64,000 bases of DNA from Octopus vulgaris (GCA_951406725.2 OX597817.1:127968001-128032000), one strand, 5' to 3'. Shown: positions 14,380 through 27,021, counted from the stretch's first letter. A program made the numbers and translations. The notes: generated from the sequence alone by a model not told the origin.

Positions 14380-15430
14380 TCAAAATTTTAAAAAATTTTC
14401 CCAAAGATCTTTGAAAGATTTTTTTGAAACTTTACCTCAAAAATCTTTGAACATTTTCAGAAGTTTTGATGTAAATTTTAAAAAAAGGTTTCAAAAATTT
14501 TGATGAAAATTTCAAAAGACTTTTCCAAAATTTGATCAAAATTTTCAATAAAATTTTCAAAAATTTTGGTCAAAATTTTCAAAAAAAATTTCAGAAATTT
14601 TACAAAGATTTTCAAAAAACTTTCAAAATTTTGATGAAAATTTTCAGAAATTTTGACCAAAATTTTCAAAAATACTTTAAAAAATTTTGATGAAAATTTT
14701 CAACAAACTTTTCAAAAACTTTAATGTAAATTTTCAAAAAACTTTCCAAAATTTTGAAAATTTAGTGAAAAATTTTCAAAAAAATTTTCAGAAATTTTGA
14801 TGAAAACTTTCAAAAAAACTTTCCAAAATTTTGATGAAAACTTTGAGGAAATTGTTCAAAAGTTTTGTTGAAAATTCTCAAAAGACTTTTCAAAAATTTT
14901 AATCAAAATTTTCAAAAAACTTGTCAAAAATGTTGATCAAAATCAAAAAACTTTACAAAATTTTGATGAAACTTTTCAAAAAACTTTTCAAAAAACTTTT
15001 CAAAAATTTTGATGAAAATTTTCAGAAAAGGTTTCAGAAATTTTGATGAAAATTTTCAAAAAACTTTCCAAAACTTTGGATCAAAATTTTCAAGAAACTT
15101 TCCAAACTTTGGATCAAAATTTTCAAAAACCTTTCAAAAATTTTGATGAAGATTTTCAAAAAACTTTTCAAAAATGTTCAAAAATTTTGAGGAAATTATT
15201 CAAAAGGTTTGATGAAAATTTTCAAAAAACTTTGATGAAAATTTTGAGAAAACTTTGGAAAAGTTTAGATGAAAATTTTCAAAAGACTGTTCAAAAGCTT
15301 TGATGAAAATTTTCAAAAAACTTTCCAAACATTTGATGAAAATTTTCAAAAACCTTTTCAAAAACTTTGATGAAAATTTTCAAAAAACTTTTAAAAAATG
15401 TTGATGAAAATTTTCAAAAAAATTTTTTTA
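14380..15430. repeat. AT-rich minisatellite, ~32-33-bp unit (aaaattttgatgaaaattttcaaaaaactttc), about 30 diverged copies
   Basis: Direct reading; unit length and copy number estimated by eye. Confidence 0.9.
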
Positions 15431-15454
15431 GTAATAGTGATCTATGTTATAGTA

Positions 15455-16145
15455 ATAGAGATCTATGTTGTTTTGGAACTGAAGAGTTCAACGACAGTGT
15501 GTCTATCTTCTTCAGGCTGATAATGGAATAATAAAATACGCAGAAATACAGAAATTAAAAATTTGAGCCTTCTGTTTTCGACAAAACGATGTGATCAGTT
15601 TTCGCTTTATCATAACTTTGCAACAAGGAAAAAGTAAAACAAAAACGAAAGAAGAATAAAGGAAACATGAAAGAGAACACTTAACCAAAATAGTTGGTGT
15701 GAATATGATGAACTTGTCCTATCATTTTCTTCATTCCTCCGGATGTTGATTTTAGTAAAGCATAAATATATTTATCCTCGTGTTTTCAGGATTGAAAGCA
15801 CCATGCGTCAAAATGCATCAGGATAAATATCTTTGTGAATTATTAGCGTCATGCCCTAGAGAAATCTTCAAAACAGAAGAATTTCATCGCATATGACATA
15901 AACTTCTTGACTTATTGCCTCTTTTCTGTTTCTCTTTTCTTCCTACTGTGTTGTTTCTTTTTCCTTGTTACCAGTAAAACAGACGCAAAAACTGATGATG
16001 TCATTTGACTAAAAAAAAAACATAGGATATTTCAGTTCAAATTTTGACTCTGTTTCTGTGTATTTTTCATTTTTCATTTCGAACCTGAAATAGACAGACA
16101 TACTGTCAAAATATTGTCCAATTCAATAAACAGTCAATCTCTTTT
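15455..16145. repeat. Old, diverged ~700-bp palindrome (foldback)
   Basis: Paired blocks: gacagtgtgtct/agacatactgtc, caacaaggaaaaag/ctttttccttgtta, atatttatcct/aggataaatat; centre ~15800. Confidence 0.7.
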
Positions 16146-16269
16146 TATTACAAATTGCATCGCACTCGTATTGTGCATTTATCTTCGTTATGTGTTACGT
16201 CAGTTGTCATAAATTATTATTATCATTATTTATTGTTGCTTTTGTTGTTATCATTTTATCATTATAAGA

Positions 16270-16870
16270 GTAGTTTTTCTTCAATCCCGGGGCGCTGCGT
16301 TTTCTCAATTCCCATATATCTTTATATTTGTATAATTGTTTCCATTTATTTGACAGATATTTGCCCATTGAAACTGATACTTTGATAAGGAAGCAAAGGA
16401 TTTCTTCCTTGCAACTGGCAACAATATCTGGTCGATGATCTTCATCTCGCTCTGATTACGTAGATTCTGATATTCCAGAGTGTGGTTGATTTGTCATTCT
16501 CTGATATGTTTTCTCTCTCCTCTAAGTCATGCCTACTTTCCCGGCCAAATCAATCATGTATGCGTATAGAATTTTCCTTGACCAACCAGTCTTCTGTTTT
16601 CAAAAATTTCATGGATATTTACATAATAATAACGGATTTATGCTCAGCAGAGAAGTAATGATTTTTTTTCATCAGTCGCGTGTACACTCAGAACATGTTT
16701 TGCTTGCTTCATGGAGACTAGCGGTTGAAATACTTTCATTATCATGGGATTTTTTCAAATCTTCTCTCTATTTTTATCAAAGCATATCTATCAAAATTGA
16801 ATCTGTCACCGACTGTGTGAAGATAACCAATCTTAGTTATTACTACAAAGCTCAAAGAAACACATAAAAA
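16270..16870 (-). pseudogene. Decayed RLE-type LINE endonuclease region
   Basis: Minus-strand remnants 'TLWNI', 'HRPDIVASCKEEILCFLIKVSV' parallel ILWD..RPDIVV..CFLIDVS of the intact copies. Confidence 0.6.
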
Positions 16871-17333
16871 CAAAGAAATACATTAGAATTTAGCTACCCG
16901 AGTTATAATGATGACTATGTAAACCCAACATTTGTTTTAAGCATTGATACATCTCGTACAAACAAAACTTCGTAAATTTTATATGCTTCTGTGAAAGAAC
17001 AATTACAAAGCACTCTGTATTCTATTTTATTTATGTACAATTTTAATCTTTTCTTTTTTAAGTGACGATTAAAACTAAGAAAAAACATTTTAAATTAGTA
17101 AGATAGAAAAGCTGAAAATTTTCAATTTTGTTTTCTTTTATGAAAAATTTAAATACCATTATACAACTTTGTAAAAAAATACTTTCGAGAGAGAGCGAGG
17201 GTAAGAAGTGGATCGATTGTTGCAGCGTTTAAAACAATATTTCATACATCATATTTGAATTACAATGTGTCCAACACAAAGAAAATACCTCATACTTACA
17301 AAAATGCATGGTTCATTTTATCATATACATATT

Positions 17334-17381
<48 letters not shown>

Positions 17382-18195
17382 TATTAGCACATCCAGACTA
17401 ACTAGGGCATGTTTATAAAGCCTTCGACTTCTGTAAACATCCTATGTAGATGTCAAATGCTAAAGAGATTCGAAATTTTTATTGGTTAAAAAAATCCTTT
17501 CAGTACACCATGGATGGCACAACCGTATCACGTCGTTTCCTCGTATCGCGGTTCATCAGTGGCAGCTAACCAAACCGAATACCAGAGAGAAATTCAGTCA
17601 AACTGATAAAGAACAATACTAGTCGTGTCCAAAAGTTGGCGGGCTGTGTATAAATAAGCTACTTGCAATAAATATTTGTTATATTAAAAGATATATATAC
17701 GTGAATGTTTACTTGCATGACCGTGTATATATGTGTATATATGTGTATACACACACATGCGCGTGTGTGTGTGTTTGTATGTGTGTATTTGTGTGTACGT
17801 ATGTTTATACTACATAGGAGTATATTTAAACAGATCTGGGATGTTACATTGTGGGGATTCTTCTGTTGAGAAACCTCCCACTTGCATAATTATCTAAAAC
17901 GTTCGCCAATGCATTCGAGTCACATAAATGGATTAACCGAGTAAATAAAACATTTTACATATCTTAATTACTATGTAGCATATCTAATCGGGAAAAACTT
18001 TTAACAATCAGAATTAATTAATAAAATTATGCAAACAAGAACAAATACTAAAAAAGAAGAAAAGAGCAACAATATTAATCAAGCGGACGATACTATAATG
18101 GTGTTGCAATGATGATGTTGTTGATGATGATGTTGATGATGACGATGATGATGATGATGGTGTAGTAATAATAATAATACTACTACTACTACTAC

Positions 18196-18245
<50 letters not shown>

Positions 18246-18873
18246 AAACTAAAATGATAATAATAGAGAAGCGTGGGGATAGGAGGATAAAGTGGATGAA
18301 GAGTACGATAAATATATCGACTATTTCATTAACGACATTGTTTGATATTTGTAACTGCAGAGCGAACTAATCGTAGCAAATTGAAAATAATTTTAACAAT
18401 AATTATTAAGTTCGTATTCTTGGACAAAAATAGTAATTTGAAAAGTCTGTATTTTGTTACAATCGTGTGTTTTTTTTTGTTTTTTTGTATACTGCGATTT
18501 TTGTTGTTTTTCTTCTATTATTTTGCTTTATATTATTTTCCAATAAGAGGCAAACAGAGAAAAACAAACGTTAATAAAGCTAAAGTTCTAGTTGTATTTA
18601 GCAATGTATTATTGGCGCTTCGTAGCCGACTCATTTAATGTTCAAAGAAATTAACGATATCTTGGTGCCAGTAATCAAAACAGATGTTACATTGATTCTA
18701 ATTTATTTTTGTCTATTTTCCCAAGCCTAATGCTTCATTTTAGAGATTATTCGTTTAAATATATAATTCAAAACTTTTTTTTCCAAATATTTAACTGCAA
18801 TATGTATATGTGTGCATGTATGGGAATTTTAAATATGTACACGTGTGCACATTGCACATACAGATACACACAG

Positions 18874-18915
<42 letters not shown>

Positions 18916-19659
18916 TACATATAATGTGCTTTATTTTTTAACGCTCAAATTTTTACCGCTAAAATTATAGGTGCAGAGACGGAAGTTAACAAGGTAAATT
19001 GTGTTAGAAATCATTTCGAAAATAATGATCATTTTCATGCAAAGCATATTTTGTTTGTATGTATTTGAGCCTAAATGTAAAAATCATCGATTACCAAATT
19101 ATTTCTTATCCTTCCTGGCTTCCTTATTGAAAGGAATGATGTTTACGCTCAAAATAATGAATCAAATATTTTGTCCAATTAGCCATCAGAGACAATAATC
19201 AATCGTATGATAATATTAGCCTGGTTTAATAAGAACAGCATATGCTTAATAGTTTAACGCATGAGATACAGGTAATTGACCGGAGACATCATGTGCATTC
19301 CTAATGTTATTGATTTATGCTTTTTGGAATCCACCAGATATGTCACTGAATCATTTCTACTTTAGCTAACTCTAATAATGAAACTTTAATATAAATTTTG
19401 AAGTATATCTACATAATGTTATCAATTATCACACTAAAAACAGAAGTTTATTTACTAATTAATAAAATGCTGATAAGACTGCTAATAAATAAATATATTA
19501 GTCTATTTCTCGCCTTATAATAATCTGTAACTCCTTTATCACAGTAAAGAAATGACACTATGAACGATTGGATTGCTAGATCATCGGAAAATAGTTTGCC
19601 TTATTTCGTCTAGCTCTTTACATTCTGAGTTCAAATCAAACCTTACTTTCCATCCATCT

Positions 19660-19797
19660 GTGTGATATTGAGTAGAATATTTGCTCAACATAAAAATATT
19701 TACACCAACATAAAACATGTACTTGAAAACACTTCCAAAAAAGTTATGGTCTGCAGGCCTGAGATCCACTGCCTGGTACTGCATCAGAGCCATTTAT
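19660..19797 (-). mobile_element. Diverged 5' part of the ~550-bp (TAA)n element
   Basis: Minus strand ctgatgcagtaccaggcagtgg...ttggaagtgtt...gcaaatattctactcaata matches the start of 26303. Confidence 0.75.
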
Positions 19798-19816
19798 CAT
19801 TATTATAATAATAATA

Positions 19817-19893
<77 letters not shown>

Positions 19894-19976
19894 CATTATT
19901 ATTATTATTATTATTATTATTGTCGTTTTTGTTGTTGTTGTTGTTGTTATTATTATTATTATTGTTGTTGTTGTTG

Positions 19977-20037
<61 letters not shown>

Positions 20038-20059
20038 CATCATCATTATTATCATTATT

Positions 20060-20345
20060 GAGAAAGTAGTGCATGCCATCTTCTCCAGCTGGCTATTGAC
20101 ACTTTCTGTGCCCTATCATTATTTGCAAAGGGACCTGGGTCCCCTTCGCATCAAAGACCGGTGATTGTCGTGCGCAGAAGATCGGGTCCGTGCGTATCAC
20201 GTCAGGTCGACGATGGGAACGATGGTTTCCCTTTGCAAATACTGATAGGGCACAGAAAGTGTGCCAATAGCCAGCTGGAGTTGTTCTCCTGGAGGTACAA
20301 GCTACAGTAGCATCCACCCTTGGTGGTTAGCCACATTTAAGTGGC
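20060..20345 (-). mobile_element. Hairpin-bearing element sharing the 3' tail of the ~550-bp element
   Basis: Inverted arms 20083-20133 / 20228-20280; minus strand ends gatggcatgcactactttctca then a (TAA)-type tract. Confidence 0.55.
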
Positions 20346-20401
20346 AAATTTACTTCATGTTGTCGTGCAGCTACTATTTATACCTCGTTCAGAGATTTAT
20401 T

Positions 20402-20475
<74 letters not shown>

Positions 20476-20485
<10 letters not shown>

Positions 20486-20692
20486 GAAATGAGGTAATCA
20501 GAAGATCGCATGGTTCATATTTACAGATATTTATTTATATATTACATTTTTTACATATATATATCATATCATTCAGATCATTAGCGCTTTCTCCCATTCT
20601 AGTGGGGTAAAATGTAAAAAATGTAATATATAAATAAATATCTGTAAATATGAACCATCCAATCTTCTGATTACCTCATTTCTTCTAATATA
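20476..20692. mobile_element. MITE-like foldback with ~80-bp inverted arms in TA context
   Basis: tagaagaaatgaggtaatcagaagat...atttacagatatttattt versus aaataaatatctgtaaat...atcttctgattacctcatttcttcta. Confidence 0.8.
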
Positions 20693-20723
20693 TAATACCT
20701 GTACATCATCTCCAAACCTTCCA

Positions 20724-20779
<56 letters not shown>

Positions 20780-22714
20780 ATATGTATATGTGTGTATCTG
20801 TGTGTGTGTGTGTAGATGTATATGTTTCTTAGTATTTATATTTTATGTAGAAGATAGGGAATATATGTTAAAGATATAATAATTTTGTAGAGAATACAAT
20901 CTTGCTGTTTTAAGATTCGTGACGCAGTTGGCACCACGACAGCTACTCGGCACATTTTGTTTCTCGTTCTGTGTCATAATGATAGTTAGGACTGTTACAA
21001 CTTAGTTTAACATAGAGTGTTTCTGATGAGCGACGCATAGGACTTTTACAGTGGACAGTTTAGTAGATTTTTTCCAGGAAATATTTCCTTCACAGGAAAC
21101 GTTAAAGGCCAAAATATATTGTACCTGCTTACAACCGTGTGCTATAATAGCAAGTACTTACAGATGTCTAAGTAGTTTTATGGCGGTATTTATGAAACTG
21201 GATAAAATGCGATTCTGAACATCTGATGAGTTGGACCATCCTATTAACTTATTTGCGTATAAACTACAAGCAACTAAATATGTACATTGATAGATAGATT
21301 GTGTGTGATTCGATGATATATATAAGCGAAGAATATAAACATTGATTGTAAATTGAAATTTTTAGTAATTTACCAGCAAAATCACAAAAGCATTTTTTCC
21401 TGAATCAGGTCACAAACGTTTTGTTATCTCTATCTCCGTTTGAAATGCAGAAAAAAAACTGTGATTGTTTGGAAGCAAACATGTAATCAACGAAGCTATT
21501 GTTCCCCGTTTTGCTACATAAAGTAGGTGAAATAAAATAAAATAAAATAAACACTGAAAAATGTATTCATTGCTTTAAGTGCCAACAGGAATAGTCTGAA
21601 AAAAAAACATGAACGAGTGGAGTGATTGACAATCTTAGTTTACATTATATCTCGTCTTATAGTCCATCATTCCTGAGTTCACCTACTCACAGGGTTACTG
21701 TACAAATGGCATATGGTAATTAAGATACGATTGGAACTTGTGCAATGGCTTTTTGAATAATAAACATGTTACAAGGAAACTTTTTAGCTCAGTGAATATT
21801 GAAACATACTAAAATTATTAGTATTCAGTCTCTCGACCAAATATTACGTAAATTATTTTAATACCATATGGGGAATGTAATACTTGCCTTTTGAAAACGA
21901 GCTATATAGTAATTCCATTAGGACGTTCTTTCCACATTTATTTATCGATATATCTAGAAAGATATGCGGCATTTTAATGTTATTGATGACATTTGACACA
22001 AGTCAATTGAAATAAAGAGGAGATTTATGGCCGGTTGAATCAAACATATTTTATTATGGGCAGTTATATTAGTAGCACCGATGAGATCTGAATTCTGATA
22101 TAAAAATATGAAAATACACCTTGTAATTATTCATTATATCTGGTACAATATGTTTGTTGACCTAGCCAATATCACAGCTTTTCAGGGAAATAAAGTATTT
22201 TTCTTCTTCCTCCGCTATTCACCAAACCCTATATTTCACGTTAAGAGTACAATTGTTAAGTTCGTATCATTTTGATTTTCGTGATATTTCTTAGAGGATT
22301 AGTATTGATGAAAAGAAAATGACATGGTGTCGACTGATAAGCAAAAACAGAAGTTCTCGCTCCTTACTTCATTGCAGGCTTTCTTCGAACTAATATATGA
22401 CAACTCATACATCGAATAGCTTGCCCGGAATTTCAATAGTGGGTTGTACGTTCATACATACATACATGCATACATACAGACAGACAGACGGACAGACAGA
22501 CGGACAGACAGACTTAATATGTTTATATAAACATCCGTACATACATCTGCGTGTACGTATGTGTGTATAGATATATATAATTTAATGTACACTACAAAAA
22601 AGACAGCTAAATATTTAATGTACACGACGTACTCTTCTCATCTACATTAAACGATATTTATCTCTCACCTGTTAGAATACTTTTCCGTCGATCTTACCTA
22701 AACGGAACAATTAA

Positions 22715-22754
<40 letters not shown>

Positions 22755-22788
22755 TTCTATATTTAAGAAATGAGGAATTATGCATATT

Positions 22789-22989
22789 ATTTACATTATT
22801 TACATTCGACGGATATTTATCCTCATCTTGTTTGTTGTTAATACGTTTCGGCTGATATACCTTCCAGCCTTCACCAGGTGTCTTGGGGAATTTTCGAACC
22901 TGGGTTCTCATTCCTAAGCTATTTTTCGAGGTTGTTGTTGTTGTTGTTGTTGTTGTTATTATTATTATTATTGTTATTATTATTATTAC

Positions 22990-23062
<73 letters not shown>

Positions 23063-23201
23063 TCACTGCTTGGAATCGAACTCTGAATCTTAGGGTAGTA
23101 GCCCGCGCTCTTAACCACTACGCCCATGGGCATAATATGACGTAGTGGTTAAGAGCGCGGGCTACTAATCCCAAAATTCCGAGTTCGATTCCAAGCAGTG
23201 A

Positions 23202-23243
<42 letters not shown>

Positions 23244-23407
23244 CAACAACAACAACAACAACATTGAAGAATACCTTAGGAATGAGAACCCAGGTTCGAA
23301 ATTTCCTCAAGACATCTGGTGAAGGCTGGAGGGTATATCAGCCGAAACGTTATGTTAACAACAAACAAGATGAGGACAAATATCCATCGAATGTAAATAA
23401 TGTAAAT
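22789..23407. mobile_element. Palindromic element: two head-to-head tRNA-headed units, each with an internal (AAT/AAC)n tract and a hammerhead-like motif
   Basis: Arms 22789-~23123 and ~23139-23407 are reverse complements; A box tagtggttaag, B box gagttcgattcc; CTGGTGA-stem-GAAAC at 23316-23348; (TA)n on both flanks. Confidence 0.85.
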
Positions 23408-23412
23408 CATGA

Positions 23413-23465
<53 letters not shown>

Positions 23466-23796
23466 TGTGCAGTGTACGTCAGTGCGCTGATGTTTGTATA
23501 TCTTTTTGAAGTCCATATATTTATATATTCACAACAGCGGTAAGGATATAATGCTGCTAACTTTTATCACATTCTCTCTCTGCATAACTCATTTCTGTAT
23601 CTCTTCCATGCATCTTCATCTGGACACCAAGAACCTTGATTTGTTGACTTATATTCTCACCACTTTTATGTGCTCACTTCTTCATCTCTTACTCCTTCCT
23701 GTGATCATTTCACTAACCCGCCACATTCTTCCAACCATAGATTATTCAGTGATATCATAAACATTTCATTTTTAGATATCTTATTCTGACGAAAGT

Positions 23797-24038
23797 GGAG
23801 GCGCGTGGCCTAGTGGTTAGGGTGTCAGCATCATGATCGTAAGATTGTTGTTTCGATTCGGGACCGGACGACGCGTTGTGTTCTGGATCAAAACACTTCA
23901 TTTCACCTTGCAAAAATGAGTAACACTGCGATGGACTGGCGTTCCGTCCAGCTGAGGAACAAATACGCCATTGAAACCGGTAAAGCGGGCCCATGAGCCT
24001 GGCTAGGCTTTAAAAGGGCGCATTTATTTATTTATTTA
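23797..24038 (+). mobile_element. tRNA-derived SINE family C
   Basis: ggaggcgcgtggcctagtggttagg (A box), gtttcgattc (B-box-like), body gcgatggactggcgttccgtccag, (ATTT)n tail. Confidence 0.8.
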
Positions 24039-24715
24039 ATTCCGACGAAAGACTTTATTTCAAATATTGTTTCAGTATAACATAGCAACTGCATTCGATA
24101 ACGTTTTAAAAATTTCCGAAAGACTATTCATTTCCCGTCGCAAACCGTGATTAGCTTTCTCAGATTCAGGAATTTTATCTGAATAGACTGCTATACAAGT
24201 TATAATTTCAAGATTCAGTTTCAAACTATTTCTCCAAACGATGCAAAAATGAGAAAGATTGGAAAATATTTTTTTCGACTTTATATGATTTGTAGCAAAA
24301 ACCCTACAGAATTGAAGTCAGGTGCAAACGTAATATTTTGCTATCTTTAAGCACATCTCCAATTCACATCTGATATATTAATTATATGTTGCATTTGAGA
24401 ATTATGTGGTTAGGTGGAGATTAAACAAAATGTACTACTACTTGTGCTCCTGTTTGGAGTTCAGTGAATGATAAAGCTTTTGATTTTTACTTATTTCATC
24501 TCCATTGTAAAACAATTATAATTTTTTATTTTGTTCTGGCTTTGACGTTTAGAGATAATATATTTTAATAGGTCTGCCGATCTAATATCTTTAGCTAATG
24601 CTGATGAAAGAAGCTTTAACAATTAAGGAGAAATAGAGTTCAATTGGGAAAAATTCAAATTCGTTCAAGGCGGTGCTCCAGCATGGCTGCAAATCTAATG
24701 ACTCAAACAAGTAAA

Positions 24716-24769
<54 letters not shown>

Positions 24770-24772
<3 letters not shown>

Positions 24773-24940
24773 TTCTCGCCCTGTTTTTTGTTTTCGTTCT
24801 CTCCCTTTTTCCCCTTGTCGAAGAACGTAGACTCGAAACGTCAAAGACTTCTCCATCCTTCCCAAGCGTTAACGTAATATACCTGCTTGTTATTCCTTCA
24901 CCTGTCTTCGTCTTCTGTTTTCTGTAAATTTGAACTATGT
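24770..24940 (+). mobile_element. Penelope-like terminal fragment with decayed hammerhead motif
   Basis: gtcgaagaacgtagactcgaaacgtcaaagac (24816-24848) retains GAAAC-GUC; flanked by (TG)n. Confidence 0.4.
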
Positions 24941-25573
24941 GTCTGTGTTTGTGTTTGTGTGTGTGTGTGTGTGTGTGTGCATGTGTGTGCATGCATGCAT
25001 GTATGTATGTACACCCATATACACGTTTTGAATAAAATTAATTAGAAACTGTGGCGAAGCTCATCGGAGGGATCGTGCATGCAATAAATGTATATATCTT
25101 CGTCACACTCACTTTGACTCACTGGTTATGACGGACAATTTCATGAAAAGTACACGTCTTTCTCGAATGCTTTATCCACACGAAAACTCGGGATCAGTTG
25201 ATTCAATTGATTGAAAATCTGACTTGCACATGCATCGGAAGAATCTCCGTTGGTTCTGTCTCACTGTCAAATTCGACAGTAATCGTCTCCGTCTCCCTCT
25301 CCTTCTTTCTCTCCCTCTGTCTGTTACTCTCTCTCTCTCTCTCTCTCTCTCTGTGATGTTTATCTATGTGTGTGTGTCCGTGTGTGCGTATGTGTGCGTA
25401 CATACATATACATATATATACATATGCACATACGTAAGTGCATATATATGCGTATGTATATATATATTATATGCAGTTGTTATGTATATGCGTCTGTGAA
25501 CTAAAATATACATGCATACATACATAGACACACATTCACAAACACATGTATATATAATAATATAATGATAATC

Positions 25574-25626
<53 letters not shown>

Positions 25627-25655
25627 TTATAATAATAATGATGATAATAATAATG

Positions 25656-25734
<79 letters not shown>

Positions 25735-25740
25735 TAATAA

Positions 25741-26283
25741 ATGCCCTGATGCAGTACCAGGCAATGGCTCTCATGGCTTCTGATCTTAACTGATTGGAAG
25801 TGTTATCATGTACATTGTTTTGTCTTGCTACAGCAAATATTCTGCTCAATACCACAGATTTGCTTGTCAGTTGTTTGACCTTAACCAGTTGAGCATGTCC
25901 CTTAGTGGCTGACGATATGTGCATCTCTGATCACGAGCAGAAGTAGTGGGGGAGCATCATAGCCATGTGTTTAGAGGGATTCTTTTAGGTTTGAATAATT
26001 CACCTCTGGAAACATGGGTGGTTCTTTCAACATCCTTAAACAACACTTATTCAGGGACCGTTTGAGCGGGATGGGCTACTCAACCTGAAGAAAATTCTAA
26101 CTGGGCCCCACCTGCAAGGTCATGTGCTGTTTATCTTGATATGAGATCACCATGTCGCGCACATATGGTTGTGATGCATGTGCCTGGTGTGCCCTTATCA
26201 GACGGGTAGTCATGATGGGTATATTGGGCTTCGTATATTTTACCCCAGTGTCACTTTGATGGCATGAACTGCTCTCTCACTCA
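25741..26283 (+). mobile_element. ~550-bp non-coding (TAA)n-embedded element, copy 2
   Basis: atgccctgatgcagtaccaggc...gcatgaactgctctctcactca followed by (TAA)n. Confidence 0.9.
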
Positions 26284-26302
26284 ATAATAATAATAATAAT
26301 AA

Positions 26303-26857
26303 ATGCCCTGATGCAGTACCAGGCAGTGGCACTCCTGGCTTCTGATCTTAACTGATTGGAAGTGTTATCATGTACATTTTTTGTCTTGGTATAAAAGATG
26401 GGCTACAGCAAATATTCTGCTCAATACCACAGATTTGCTTGTCAGTTGTTTGACCTTAACCAGTTGAGCATGTCCCTTAGTGGCTGATAATATGTGCATC
26501 TCTGATCACGAGCAGAAGTAGTGGGGGTGTATCATAGCCATGTGTTGAGAGGGATTGTTTGGGGTTTGAATAATTCACCTCTGGAAACAAGGGTGTTTCG
26601 TTCAACATCCTTAAACAACCCTTACTCAGGAACCTTTTGAGCAGGATGGTTTAGTCGACCTGACGAAAATTCTAACTGGGCCCCACCTACAAGGTCATGC
26701 GCTGTTTATCTTGATATGAGATTACCATGTCGCGCACATATGGCTGTGATGCATGTGCCTAGTGTACCCTTATCAGACGGGTAGTCATGATGGGTATACT
26801 GGGCTTCGTATATTTTACCCCAGTGTCACTTTGATGGCATGCACTGCTCTCTCACTC

Positions 26858-26858
<1 letters not shown>
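26303..26858 (+). mobile_element. ~550-bp non-coding (TAA)n-embedded element, copy 3
   Basis: Same termini as copy 2; separated from it by only ~6 TAA units. Confidence 0.9.
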
Positions 26859-26949
<91 letters not shown>

Positions 26950-26981
26950 TGTTGATGATGATTATAATAATAATAATAATA

Positions 26982-27021
<40 letters not shown>

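Noticed and set aside
14380-15430. Regular repeat array as a possible CRISPR, and ORFs 14478-14669 / 15043-15303 as a repeat protein
   Set aside because: No unique spacers, no cas genes, eukaryotic context; the ORFs are chance frames through the minisatellite
21222-21270. CTGATGAG hammerhead-like core
   Set aside because: No properly placed GAAA or closing stems downstream
23139-23203. Possible tRNA gene
   Set aside because: A and B boxes are present but there is no convincing acceptor stem or terminator; it is the head of a repeated element
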